Source: the human T2T-CHM13v2.0 reference genome, Homo sapiens. Taken from it: a DNA stretch of 64,000 nt. The notes beneath the pieces are model-generated. The model saw only the letters and a program-made list of their open reading frames with translations, was not told the origin of the DNA and searched no databases. Below are positions 12,927 to 27,337 of the stretch, in pieces. The translations under genes and the position numbers were made by a program. How positions within the stretch are numbered: position 1 is the first letter of the stretch; every line of letters begins with the position of its first letter. The DNA is taken from NCBI RefSeq assembly GCF_009914755.1, contig NC_060933.1; one strand, given 5' to 3'.

Positions 12927-14479
12927 TGAATCTACTTTTTCAACTGTATCTTTTATGAAATCTAAAAACAGTTTAAGTAGTTATGATGAACATTAGCATT
13001 CAGTTTGCTATTTGTTCTAAGTGTAATATACAGATTAGATTTTGAAGACAGTATGGAGAAATGTAAAATGTCTCAATAATTTTTCACATTGATTATATGC
13101 TGAAATGATAACAGTTTGGCTATATTAAGTGAGATAAAACATGCTCTTAAAATTAATTTCATCTATTTATTTTTACTTTTTTAACATGGCTACAAAAATT
13201 TTAAATTATATATGTGGTTTACATTATAGTATTGGACAGTGTTGCTTTAGAGTTATGATTACTAAACTCCAGAAATATCATTAACAGAAAGATCAATCAT
13301 TTTCCAGACATTATGAATAAACTGTCTTCCACTCTATTGCATTAATATTAGATAGAATTTAAGAAATTTGCCTGAGTAAATACAATTAACCATTGACTAA
13401 CATTAAATCATCATGGATTGATGTGTGCAGTCAGTGAAGCAATATAGGGAAATTCAGTATTTTAAGCAGAAACCTATATCATGGGTTGCTATTTTTAAGT
13501 GATATCCATGGACCTTATAATCACATGACCCCATTTTGCCCATAAACATCACCCCTCCTACTGTCCCCAGCACTTTGGTGTTCATCTTCCTCCATGTGGG
13601 TCCTCAATCTAATATGAATGCCGCAATTTCCCCCCAAAATGAAAGTAGGCAGACATGAACTAGTTTATTTTTATCCTGAGCTGAAGGCATTTTGTCTTCT
13701 TTCTACCTTGCCAAATATTAAATATGAAATCAGAAGGGAGGAGGGAGGAGAAGACACTGTAAAGGGTTTTTGGAGAGTGAACAAGTGGAGGGTTATACAC
13801 CTGCACTCTCTCCCTTCCTCAGTTCTTAGATTCGCTGATGCTTCAAGGGAGAAATAACACTTAAAAGTGTTGTATTGGTACTCACGCTCAATCCATAACT
13901 CTCCTCTCTCGTCTGTGCTTCTACAGTGCTTGGGGCTGGAGGGAGAGGCGGTAATGGAGACTTTAAAAGTGATCTTTTCATGCTTACTCAGCTCTCTCCC
14001 AGTTCCTGTATCCTGCATGTGATGTGCAGAAGGACATGAGGAAGCTTTGACTGAATTCTGAACAGCACATTATTATTCTGCTCCAACACACGCTCTTAGG
14101 CCAGCTTTGTTTTGGCCCCCAAGTCAGATGATTTTCATTAGATATTTGAAGTAATCCACAATAAAATAGTAAACCATTGTGTAAGTGGGTACAAATGGTT
14201 TGTCTGCCCACAAAAGGAGAGTTAGGTCATGTACCCATAGTATCTGTAAGTGCTGAGAGGGATATCTGACATGTATCATTTAACATCATTTATCTACCAC
14301 CTCTTTTCCTTTCTAAGTGGAAAGATGGCATGATTTCCTTTAACTTGCAAGTCCTATTTTTAAGAAATAACTGAAGAATTGAAGAGTTGTGAAGAACACT
14401 TGAAGAATGAAGTAAACGTAGCTCTGATTGTAAAGTTCCGTTAAGATGCGGGGGTCAATTTCTGATCTTCCAATGCACC

Positions 14480-15005
14480 ATGCTAGTTCTTACTTTATGA
14501 TGGCTCCTTGTCTGGGATACTCTTCCCATCTCATGCTTACAACTCCTCATCTAACTCCTCTTCATCCTTCAAGTCTAAGTCTAAATGCCATTTTCTAAGG
14601 CGGGTTAAATATAGTATAATATAAAGTCAAAATTAAAATAATGATTGAAATTCTCATTTCTTAAAACCAGTGAAAGCAGTAAGATGTTGAGAGAAAGTGA
14701 TAAAGGGTTGAGTCATCTATAAGTACCCTAATCTTCAGAGTAACTGGAGGTGCCCTTCTAGTGTACCTGAAGACACATTTGCAGATTTGCCTATGCTTCT
14801 TCATAGCACACAGCACAATTATAATTAACTGTTCAACACCCGTCTCACTGGGCAGACTACAGATAAAAAAAATAAAGAGGCTTTCAGCTCAGAACAAAAA
14901 TAGGCTCCGTGAGGGACTATATTGATCAGGACTACTATTCCCAATGCCTAGCATAGTACCTAGGTATTGAATAAAGATTTATTGAGTAAATGAATAAATA
15001 AATGC
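14480..15005 (+). mobile_element. L2 fragment (interrupted at ~14600-14770)
   Basis: ctaactcctcttcatccttcaagtct..aaatgcca; 3' end cccaatgcctagcatagtacc..aataaagatttattgagtaaatgaataaataaatg. Confidence 0.55.
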
Positions 15006-15325
15006 AAGAATGAAGAAATTACATGTCATGTTCATCAGTATTGCTTTACTGAAAAGGAGATTTTGGGAAACAGGCCACATACCATGTATATATGGAATGA
15101 TAGACATCAATAAATAGGGTATCTCATTCACTTTTCAATATAAAGCACTTCAATATAAAAACTCTGAACTTGTTATTTAACCAACTGTTAGATATGGTAT
15201 TTTAAGTGAGCTTTGTCATTATCTATATAGCAGGAAGTAATTTTAAAATTCCGAAGTTAATAAATCAATCATCTGTATGTGTGTGTAAGCAGGATGTACA
15301 ATTATCACTAGGAAAAAAGAAGCAG

Positions 15326-15723
<398 letters not shown>

Positions 15724-16018
15724 TTATTTGGGTTTTTAGAAATCATGTGAGTATTTCTTTCATTAAAAAACAAAACTTTTTCCTTTTCCATTTGCTAATG
15801 ACTAAACCTCAGTGGTCATTCACTCATTTCCCACTTCACATCCTCTGCTTTATTATGCTACATGTCTTTTTCAAAGTAATTTCAAGTTTCCCAACACTAC
15901 ATCCACGTCACATACAACTTTATACTCCTGGTGATGTATAGTGCAACATGTTCTACGTAGTATATATTATCTGTTGACTGATTAATATGGGTTGAAGATT
16001 ATTACTATTAACGGAAAT

Positions 16019-16635
16019 TGTTACCACAAAGGGGTCCCGATCCAGACCCTAAGAGTTGGTTCTTGGAGCTCATGCAAGAAAGAATCTGGGGTCAGTCCAC
16101 AGAGCAAAGTGAAAGCAAGTTTATTAGAGAACCAAAGAAACAAAAGAGTGGCTACTCCACAGTATACTCATGGTTGCCTCTTGATTATATGCTACACGAG
16201 GGGTAGATTATTCATGAGTTTTCCAGGAAAGGGATGGGGATTTCCTAGAACTGAAGGTTCCTCTCCATTTAAGATTACTTAAGGTAACTTCCAGATGATG
16301 CCATGCCCTTTGTAAACTGTCATGGCACTGATGGGAGTGTTTTTTTTGCATTCTAATGCATTATAATTAGCACATTATGAGCAGTGAGGACTACCAGTGG
16401 TCGCTTTAATTGCCACTTTGGTTTTGGTGGGTTTTGGCTGACTTCTTTACCACATCTCATTTTATCAACGGGGATTTTGTGACCTGCATCTTGTGAAACC
16501 AGTAATGCTGACTTCCTGTCTCATCCTGTGACTAAAAATGCCTAGCCCCCTGGGAATGTAGCCCAGCAAATCTCAGCTTCATTTTCATCAGCCCCTACTC
16601 AAGATGGAGTTGCTCTGGTTCGATCACCTCTGACA
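16019..16635 (-). mobile_element. MER41 (MER41B-like) ERV1 solo LTR
   Basis: The minus strand starts TGTCAGAGGTGATCGAACCAGAGCAACTCCATCTTGA and ends ..GGACCCCTTTGTGGTAACA. 4-bp TSD aaat on both sides. Confidence 0.9.
16221..16250. promoter_or_regulatory. Tandem GAS (STAT1) motifs within MER41
   Basis: TTCCAGGAA (16221-16229) and TTCCTAGAA (16242-16250) both fit TTCN3GAA. Confidence 0.6.
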
Positions 16636-17121
16636 AAATGAGCCTTATTTCTAATTTAATTTTCATTTATCTTTCACACTCTCTAATTCTCTAAAGAGCC
16701 CATTATTGTAAACAACCTCACAGCTTTGGATATTGTCCTATTTTCTAATTAAGTGAATATCTTAAGAACATATCATGAAGATACAAGAGTTAACTAATAA
16801 TCCTCCATATAGAAACAGCCTTAAGGATATGGTGTTTCACCCCAACACCATGACTATGATTCCCTTTGAACATCCAAGGAGCCTACATGATAACCCAATG
16901 CAATAATAATAATAATAATAATGTTATAGAAATTTTGAGGCTATCTCAATGTTTATCCATAAAATGCCATACTGTATAATACTATAAAGTCAAAAAATAA
17001 TGATTGAAGTTCTTTTCATTTTTTAAAACTAATGAGAACAGGAAGAGGCTGGGAGAAAGTAATAAAGGTTTAATTATCTATAAATTCAATAGTCTGAGTG
17101 ATCAGACTATTTGTTGTCTAT

Positions 17122-17470
17122 TAGAATCATAGTATCATATATAATCCTAGAGTTGAAGAAAACAGAAATGAGTCATTTTTTCCAATTTCTCATCCAGTGC
17201 TTCTTTTTGCTAAAACATACCAATAAATAACCATCCTGCCTGGGTTAAACACTCTTTCCCAATGAGATTCATGGTGACTCTAAAATGTCCTAACTTTCAG
17301 AAAATTTTCCCTTGTATTGAGACAAAACTATGTGTAAGTTTCATGGGTTGGTATGACCCATTAGGACTACCCAGAATGAATTCAATACTCATTTCCTATT
17401 GGATACTTTCTAACATTTGAAGAGTGTTTTTGTCCTTCTGAGTCTTCTCCTTCCTCTTTACTCAATAGGG
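17122..17470 (-). mobile_element. Ancient CR1/L3-like fragment
   Basis: agaatcatag..ctagagttgaag..; agaaaattttcccttgtattgag. Degenerate. Confidence 0.4.
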
Positions 17471-18944
17471 TTGTGGATATCCTCCAGTGAGGAAATCTGC
17501 GTCTAGAAACCACATCCACCTATTCATATTCTCATAAGTACTGTGGCATTTATGTCTTCAGGAATGCCTATTACGTTGGGTTAAGTTTTAAAAATATGGG
17601 AAGAGCTGGAATGTCAGACATAGAGATCCTTGTCATTGAAGGAAGCCTAAGAATCCTAAGAAAAAAAATCCAAACATTTGTGCTTGGAAGGAAGTCCCTA
17701 TGAGAGATGATGGCTTCTAAGGTAAGAGTTTGGAACAAATCCAAGGAAACTTGCCCTTTGTCTACCTACATGAATTTGTCTGGAGAAGGAAGTTAATTTT
17801 TAAGTCTCACTGCATAGAAGCTCTGAATTACCTTCTAGAACTATGAATATGGAACCTAAGCAGCAGAAGACAGAGCAGACAGAATTTGTGCATACTTTTT
17901 ACAAAATCTTTGTCATTTAGTAGCTTAATTTTTGTTTCCCTTATTGCATGACTTAGTTCTCAGGCACCACTTAGTCTTGCTCATTTTTATTCTACATGGA
18001 TTCAATTGTTGACCTTCCATGACTGTTTCCCCAGGCTTTGAATGGCAATGACCCTGTTAGCGACGTCACCTTTACCACCTGTCTGACTGACACCTTTGCA
18101 TATCCACTGGGCCAGGGGTCTTATTAATACGTTCTCCTCCCATTATTTCATTAATATCTTGCCTTCATTAAACTACTCTCCTCATTTCAAGATAAAGTGG
18201 TTTCTCATTGGGAAAAGAACAATATTTTGAGTGCTCATAGAAAACTTAGTTTTAAAATTCCATGCAAATTACATTTTTTTTTTACTCAGCTCATATCATT
18301 ATTTTTACCCTGAAGGTAATCAGTGTGAAAACTGTCAAAAATCTTTGCTTTTCCAACTTCTAATCTTCAGAAACAATGGTCTTCCAGTGAGGGCATTTTA
18401 AAGCAAAGGATTCAAATTTAGAGTCTTTGTCATTTCAAAGAATGCAGAGGATTGTATGGAAAAGTCAGTTATTCCTTGGACTTCTATTTCTTATTTTGTT
18501 TAAAGCATTTCCGATGTCTTCTCAGAACTGAAAGGATACAGGGACTATTCAAATGTAAGAAAAAATTCATGAGCACTCACAGAAACCTTGGGCTGAACCA
18601 AAAGTGGGACTCAAATTGAAAAATGACATTGATATCTTTCTTGAAGTGACTAAATTAAGCTCTAAAATTTTATTATTCCCAAGTCATCATCTATGTTCAC
18701 ATCCATTTTATTACAGCCATATTCTAGGTAATTGTCAAATTCCAATTTGTTTTAATTTTTAAGCTGGAGGGGGGCTAATATAAAATTTCAATCTAACAGA
18801 AAGTAGTTGGGAAAAGCAGAGCTATCTTTGTCTAGATTGTATTGTCTATTGATAAAGAGAAAAGTATGGAGCTTAAAAAACTTCTACACAAGTCATGTGA
18901 TTGTCGGCAGTGCTGACATCATCAATAAAGACATCACAACTCTT

Positions 18945-19345
<401 letters not shown>

Positions 19346-20923
19346 AAGGAATCCATTCAAAACAAAACCAAAAACTTTCAGATGTGTGCAAAATTCACCA
19401 TGCAAAATTTCCCCATGAAATCCCAGTCTTACAATTCCCTTTATGAGTTGGTCATTTACTAAATCTTTCTCTTTTTACACTTTATTTCCAATATTTCAGG
19501 AAATGGTCTATCCGCACTCCCCTCACAAATGTCTCAAAGTCCCCCCACAGGTTGCTCTGCAGATGATAATGCAGATGTCAGTGACTTCCCTTAAAAGATC
19601 TCAGAATGCATTTTATCAAAAGGCATATGTCCTGGGTTTTAGAAAGGGTGTTTCATTTCAGGCAGTGGGAAATCATACACTATAATTTCTGACTCAGATT
19701 AGCATCACAAAGTCCAGGATCTATTTCTTCCTACTCTCATCTTTGGCACGTTCAAGTGTTTTCCACTTATTTTGCAGTCTGCAATCTACCCCCTCTCCAT
19801 TGCATCTTATTGTTTGCTTCTTGCTGTTTCTTGAAAATGAAAAGAACAATTGTTGATTGAAGTAATAAAGCTCCCATAAACTGGGGACTTACTGACTGGT
19901 TCTCTCCATTAGCATTATAATTCTGACTTGTGATTCAACACTACTGCTTAAGAGTCACTTCTGTCAGTTTCTAGGATAGCACAATTCAGCATTTGAGTTC
20001 TCAGGAATTCATAAATTACCCAGAAGAACTTAACATCTATAGATCTGAACAGTGTCTGAAATTGTGCTTTTGCAGACTGATCAAAAAAGCTAAGTCCTAT
20101 GACTTCCCCAAGCCTGGGTCATCCTACTTTGCAACTCAAAGTCTGCCTGGCATATAAGCAGTGAAGTCAGGATTTGAAAGCTATCCATTTGCTCAAAAAT
20201 GTCCTTTTTTTTTTTTTTTTTTTTTTTAAGCAAGCCTGCCGATAACCCTGCCATCAACTTGGAATTAGGACATTAGCGCAATTTATTCAGGCTCCTATTA
20301 CACAGCAAGTAAAAACACAAGATGGCACAGAAAACTCCATGCATTAGCATGTTATCACATTAGCTTGTTGTCACCCTGGGATAAAGCGGACGAGAGGCAG
20401 AGGCCTTGGCAATTTTAACAAGGTACCAAGGTGAAGAACATCAGTTTATAAACTCCTTGAGGAAGTGAACATTTAGCTTTGTAATTTTCAACATAGCTGG
20501 CATATCATTCGTATTTAATGAGTATTTGTTGAACCATACTTGGTGCAGAGAGCACCAAGAGGCAAACAAATTATTTGATGTGCTTACTTCTTACCTTGGC
20601 TTCTGCCGCTAGAACTCAGTTACCTTGACCTACACTTATTGCTTGTTTGTTTTATTATCCTGACGTTTCTTCCTCTGTGTGTGAGTTTAGATTTCCAAAA
20701 GTTTTGTTTCTGACCATCTTATCCTGGAGATAAGGAATAAAGGAACAGACACTAGTCTTTGTGTGTTTGTGACAGTGTAGGGTAGGGGAATTCTAGAAAT
20801 AATATTTATGATTATCTCCCTTTGAAAAAAAAGGAAAAATCGTTCATAATATGCTGAGATTTAGATTGAGTATGTTGTGATTTAGCATGTATGGTACTTC
20901 ACAGCGGCAGCAGCAGTAAAGCC

Positions 20924-21925
20924 TGGGCTTTTAGTGTAATGGCCACCCAAATAATGTACATTGTACCCATTAAGTAATTTTTCATTCCTTACCCCCCTCC
21001 CAGTCTCCTACCCTTCAGAGTCCTCAGTGTCTATTATTCCACACTCTATATTGATGTGTACACATTATTTAGCTCTCACTTACAAGTGAGAACATGTGGT
21101 ATTCGACTTTCCGTTTCTGGATTTTTATACTTAAGACAATGGCCTCCAGTTCCAACCATGTGGCTGCAAAAGACATGATTTCATTCTTTTTTATGGCAGA
21201 ATGCTATTCCATTATATTGGCTAAAGAAAATGTAGTGTGTACACACAAACACATATATATGGCAGAATGTATATATATAATAGCAGAATAATATGTTATA
21301 TATATTATCCATATATAAATACATATTATATATGGAATATATACCATATATATAGAATATATAGAAGTGTTATATATATATGGAATGTATGGTATATTAT
21401 TCTGCCATCATATATAATTTTATATATATATATACATATATATATTCTGCCACACACACACACAGACACACACACACAAACACTACATTTTGTTTATCCA
21501 ATTATTTGTTGATGGACAGTTAGACTGATTCCATATTTTTGCTATTGTGCTGTGATAAACATATGAGTGCAGGTATCTTTTTGATACAATAATTTTTCTT
21601 CCTTTGGGTACACACCCAGAAGTGGGATTGCTGGATCGAATGGTGGTTCCATTTTTAGTTTCTTTGGAAGTCTCCATACTGTTTTCCATAGAGGTTGCAC
21701 TAATTTACATTCCCACCAACAGTGTATATGTGCTCCCTTTTCTCCACATCATTGTTAACATTTGTTATATTTTGACTTTTTAATAATAGCCATTCTGAGT
21801 GGTGTAAGGTGATATTTTGTTGTGCTCTTAGTTTGCACTTCTCTGATGATTAGTGATGCTGAGCATTTCTTATATGCTTTTTGGCCACTTGTATATCTTC
21901 TTTTGAACAATGTCTATTCATGTTT
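20924..21925 (-). mobile_element. L1PB4-like fragment (3'UTR and ORF2 end) with an internal AT-rich expansion
   Basis: gggcttttagtgtaa..tgtacattgtacccattaagtaattt..ttacaagtgagaacatg. L1 ORF2-end peptides in ORFs 21483-21689 and 21850-22059. Confidence 0.85.
21245..21480. repeat. Complex (TA)n/(CA)n microsatellite with inverted arms
   Basis: Seen directly. Confidence 0.85.
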
Positions 21926-23181
21926 TGGGGGAGGGGGGTTTTAAGAATAAATAAACCAATACAAATGAAGCTCCATTTCCAGTGTAGGTGTGGGGAGCTG
22001 ACAGTGTTTTGGTCAGGAGGAGTGGGGAGCGGGTGTAAAGGGAGAGGAGGAACAGACATGACTTACCATAACAGGAGAATGATGTCCTGCCTGGGGTCCC
22101 ATAGAGGGAACTGCTGCAGGCAGCATGGCTTTCTCAGAGAATGTGCTGAGTCCTCTATCCCCCATTTGTGTTTGAATGAATAGAGGTGTGGGATTGGATC
22201 AGCCTAGCCAAGAAATGGCCCAAGGGATATCCCCCTACAGTAGTCCTCCTGTTAGCTACACTTTTCTAGGGGCGAGAATGAATGTCAGGTGTCTGCAATT
22301 ATATTGGCCTTGGTTAGACAGTGAGAGAACATACACTCTCAAAGCTGCAAAGAAGGACTGGAAAGGGAATAGCAAAATACTAATCCAGCTATTTTCAACA
22401 GAAAAAAATTTAATACCAGGATTTAGGTGCTTACGAAATTGTGGTTATGCTGGAGGAAGTGGGCTTCAGACTGGGTGTTCTAGTAAATTAGACAGTGAGA
22501 GAACAGGGTGAAGAGAATAGGGCAGCATACTGATCCTTCTGCCCCAAAATGGTCCCCTACTTGTCTCCCTGGCAATTCCATTTAACTCGACCCAAAATGT
22601 TGATTTTTATTTGCTGATTCTGAGTCAGGTCTTTGCAGCTTTGTTGTTGTGCTATGGTTGTTTTGTTCTCTAGCCAATATCTCCCCTCTTCTTGGCTCCC
22701 CTTCCTTTGACCCCAGCCTGCTCCAGAAAATGACTTAACAATGTTGCTTTTCTCCACACGGGAAGTGCAGGGCCATACTTCTTGGCTCTCAATTCCATAT
22801 TGAGGTTTTAATCTACCCCGCTCAATTTGCTTGTAAGCCCAAATGTTCAGCTCCTCAATGTGAGGTACCCTGCTCTTTACAAATGATTTCAAATGTGATT
22901 CAAATGACCTCAGACACCTGTTGAGTCCCAGTGAATAACTGTTCCAAGTGAGGGCTTCTGGGTCTACTGTATTGGAAAAAAACTTTCCCTCTTTCCCTGG
23001 TGTCAAATGGCTTCACCCACTACAAGCCTTTCACAGAAGAATACCCCAAGAATACAAACCGGAAAGACAGCCCAAGAACACACACTCAATAACAAATAGA
23101 TCTTGAAAACTGGCACACATAAAACCTTGAAATAGCCACAGAAACAGAGCCCCAGCTTTCACATATTACAATGTACTTTAA

Positions 23182-23418
<237 letters not shown>

Positions 23419-23545
23419 TTTTTCCTCTTCCTAAGAGAGGAATTTTACCCTCTTATGCTAAGATCACATTTTCAACATGCTAGCAAGTTACATGACCAGG
23501 TCTTGAGCTCTTTGAGAATGAGAACTGTCTTAGCCACCTATCTCT

Positions 23546-23809
23546 CTTTTTCGTTGAGACAGAGTCTCGCTCAGTTGCTCAGGCTGGAACCTCCACCTCC
23601 TGGGTTCAATCGATTCTCCTGCCTCAGCCTCCCCAGTAGCTGGGATTACAGGCATGCACCACCACACCCAGCTAATTTTTGTATTTTTAGTAGAGTCGGG
23701 GTTTCACCATGTTGGCCAGGTTGGTCTTGAACACCTGATTTCAAGTGACCCACCCTCCTCAACCTTCCAAAGTGCTGGGATTACAGACGTCAGTCAATTG
23801 CACCCGGCC
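23546..23809 (-). mobile_element. AluS with a ~30-bp deletion in the right arm
   Basis: aggctgga joins directly to acctccacc; otherwise a full Alu. Confidence 0.9.
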
Positions 23810-23869
23810 TGTTTTACCCATGTCTCTATTCTCAGTACCTAGCATTGGGCCTGGCCCACAGTTACCATA

Positions 23870-24653
23870 TACACTTCAGCAGCAATTCTCTGATACCAAA
23901 TGGGTGTCCTGTAATTCAATTCCATTCTAACTAACCTCCCAGAGTTAGCACAGTCCCCACAGGGTAAGAGGCTTAGTCTCATAAGACTGCCTCCTTTTCA
24001 GATGCCAACTACAAGTCTCAGGTGTCCCCAAGCTTCTTTTACTTCTGCCCAGCCAGCTACAAGTTTGGGGATTCTCACAACTTCCTTCAGATTTGATAAT
24101 TCACTAGAATGATTCATATAGTGCTAAGTGAAAGCACTATACTTACAATTACTGTTTGTTATAAAAGATATAACTCAGTAATAGCCATATGGAAGATATA
24201 ACAGGCTAAAGTCTGGGGAAAGAAGGGTGCAAAGGTTCCATGCCTATGGAGTCAGGGTATGCCACCCTCTGATATATTGATATGTTCACCAACCTGGAAA
24301 CTCTCTGAGCCTCATGTTTCATTACATAGGTTTCACTACATAGGCATGACTGATTAACTCACTGGCAGGGTGTTTGAATTCACTCTCTGCCTTCCTCCAA
24401 TCCCTGAAGATCGGGGGTGGGGCTGAAAATTCCAACCCTCTAATCACCTGCTTGGTCTTTATGGCATGACCGGACCCTCCCTTGAAACTATCTAAGGACC
24501 CACCATGAGTCATCTCATTAGCATAAATTTATGGTAGAAAGGAGCTCATTATGTATAACAGAAGACACTCCTATCAGGAAAATTCCAAGGGTATTTGAAG
24601 CTCTGTGCCAGCAGCCGGGGACAAAGACCAGATATATTCTTTATTATATCACA
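23870..24653 (-). mobile_element. MER21-family LTR
   Basis: The minus strand begins TGTGATATAATAAAGAATATATCTGGTCTTTGTCCCCGG. Also tgataccaaatgggtgtcctgtaattcaattc. Confidence 0.8.
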
Positions 24654-25246
24654 CCATCTGAGACACATTTGCCAAAATGAGTTGAGTTGGCTACCTCCAG
24701 GTTCCCATTAGTCACTTTATAAAAATTAAATTAAAGGATCTTCTGCAATTCTAGCATATCAAAGTGCTCCCACTGGAAGTAATGTTCTTTAAGCCCTTCC
24801 TTGAATATTCATTTAAAACACAGCTTAAATAACCCCCGAGTTGAAAGCCAGAATTTAAGTCCCTTTTTAACTACATGTGATAGGAAATGAATCTCACCAC
24901 CCCAGATGGGCATTGAAGGCTTGAGTGTATTTACTACTAACGTTTTTATATCACCTTTGAAGTTGCTGTTGTAGGGATATCAGATACCATTATGGCCCAG
25001 ACTCTGGGTGAATATACTGCCCTGCCAGCTAGAGTAAATATTGAGCACTTTAAGTTTTATCAAGGTAAGCACACAGTAGAATAAAACACTTCTTTGTGCA
25101 TCTGACTAGTGTTGTTTTTTACTATGAAAACTGAAAAAGAGAATAGAGATGTACAGATACTATGCTTCAGTGCTTTTATCACCTTGCTTAAGAGAAGAAA
25201 ACATGCCAGGAAAAGGTTTGCCTTTGCATGAAAGGAAAATTTTAAA

Positions 25247-25340
25247 TAGATAGATAGATACAGATATTTACATATATGTATACATATGTACACATAAGAA
25301 TATGTGTACATATATGTGTGTGTGTATATATATATGCATG
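25247..25340. repeat. (TAGA)n/(TA)n/(TG)n simple repeat
   Basis: Seen directly. Confidence 0.75.
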
Positions 25341-25352
25341 TATTTTAATATA

Positions 25353-25653
25353 CAGAGAGTCAGAAAGCTTTTCTCTGGAAAGGAATAAATAGCAAACATT
25401 TTAGGCATCGGGGTCTCTATTGCAATTAATCAACTCTGCTATTGTAGTGCAAAAACATCCATAGACATATAAAGGAATGGCCATGACTGTGTCCTAATAC
25501 AACTTTATTTATGAACACCAAAATTTGAACTTTAATTATTTTTATGTGTCACAAGATATTCTTTTGATTTTTTTTAACTATTTAAAAATGTAAAAACCAT
25601 TCTTCACTGAACTCATATGAAGAAAGGCAGCAGCCATAGTTTGCTGACCCTTG
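25353..25653. mobile_element. MER58B hAT MITE
   Basis: caactctgctattgtagtgcaaaa..ccatagaca; terminal gccatagtttgctgaccc. Confidence 0.75.
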
Positions 25654-27337
25654 TTATAGACCAGTAAGGTTAATCTAGTGATGATGTCTCTGCTTAGGTC
25701 ACGTAATCTGAATGAACCTGAATTCGCTGGGGATTCCAACAAGTAATTTATCTGAACTCCATTGGTTGTAAAAAGAAATCCTTATAAATAGTATCCTTCC
25801 GTCTCTCAGCCCACTCTCACCTTTCTCTCTTTTCCCTCCTCTGTCTCTATCTCATTCCTGATAGACAAGAAGGATTTAATGGAAAATGTGCTCCAGCTAC
25901 TTCCAACATTGACTGCTTATGCTATTAATATCAAGGTAACATGGCTGGTGACAGCTTCTTTCATTGATTCATAATTCATGTCCCCGTTACAAGGTATCTG
26001 ATCCTATGAGTTATACATATTTCACTCTGAATATGCTAATCTTGTCAGTTTAAATAAAAATAAGACCACAGTTTATTTCTTCTCTAATTGGAGAACTAAG
26101 GGAGAAAATGGCTCTGTTGGTGGGGGGCGGGGAATCCCAAGACCTGGAAAATACCTCTGACTCTGAAAGATCAAATCCTATTCAAACCACAGTCGAAGCA
26201 CCTCTTAGAGATTCTGCCCAATTCAATGGTGTGCGTCCTATGGCAGCATGGCAGTGTTTCAGATGTACTAGCTTTATAGAGTTTCTAGAGATAGCTATTC
26301 TTGGCAAATATATTTCAAGATGTAATCGTATTTTTTTAAAGTGTTTTTTAAAAGTCTCTTTTTAAGTGAATAGGTCCATCAATCAGAAAACCCAGAGGCA
26401 GGTGGGGGGGAAAAAAAAGGGCAATGATTTTTTTATTGTTATTAAAGGAGAAATTATATCTGAGGCCTGAAGCTCAATTTGTGAAGAGCATGATCCACAG
26501 GACTCCTGTTAAAGTTAGGCTGCTGCTGAGACACTTCAAAAGATCATCTTTATTGCAGAACAATTGCCTGACCCAGTTTCCTGGTCAGCAACATACTTTT
26601 GTAGAAACTTCAGGAGCTGATGAAAAAGCTCAGCAAAGTTAGCAAGGGTACTTTCATCTGTGGCTCTCGGGAGGGGAAATATGAAAAGGTTTCTAGGTCT
26701 CTTGGATTTAGCACTGCCAGGTCTACTGGCATAGAAGCAAAGAATGAAACAAAAGATACGAACATGTTATAAAAGGCAGTGTCTAACTTCTTGGCAAATG
26801 TGCTTGCTATTATTGGTTTGTAGAACACAGAGGTCTTTCTGTATTCATAGTCTTTTGCCTGTCAAAATATTTTGATATTGTAATAAAACCCTACTGTAAA
26901 ATACATCTTGCCCATTGAGTAAGGATTCACTGCTTCGGTATAAAATGATATTCTCTGCCCATTCTTAGGTCTCCTTGAGAAATAACTCTTGGTGCCCAAG
27001 CATCTAAACAATATTTAATTTGGAATTCTGACATGCATCATAAAACTAGCATAAAGAGCAACAATGTATGTTTTAATGATTTCAAAGGGGAAAACACATT
27101 TGGGAAAACACATTTCCGCAAATGGCTCTAAGTTCCCTTCATTGCTTGCTGGAAAATATGACATCTTTAAGCAAAGCGCTTTTCAGCTTTTTATTTTAAG
27201 CATCTGTGCACTTATATTTATCAATAAAAATCTTTCAAAATAACTATTCAGTTTTATAATTTCCTCTTCCAGTTTGATTTTTTTCTTTAGATTTAATTTT
27301 TAGAATGTCTTCTTAATTCATTTTTAAACTTACTGCT

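Larger units (their letters stand above)
11597..13245 (-). mobile_element. Charlie5 (MER33/MER3-related hAT) DNA transposon, interrupted by MSTB and by an L1MC insertion
   Basis: Termini ctgtatgtccagtatg... and ...tattggacagtgttg. Internal gagcacttga..tgtggctagt and tatgtttggaacagcttggttatgtgaatctacttttt|caactgta. Confidence 0.7.

Noticed and set aside
22600-22770. AP-1 (TGAGTCA 22621) and ETS (CGGGAAGT) motifs as an enhancer
   Set aside because: Short motifs are expected by chance at this scale, and there is no independent support.
22557-23006. 149-aa minus-strand ORF as a host gene
   Set aside because: Non-ATG start, no recognisable domain, no supporting splice structure; the length is compatible with chance.
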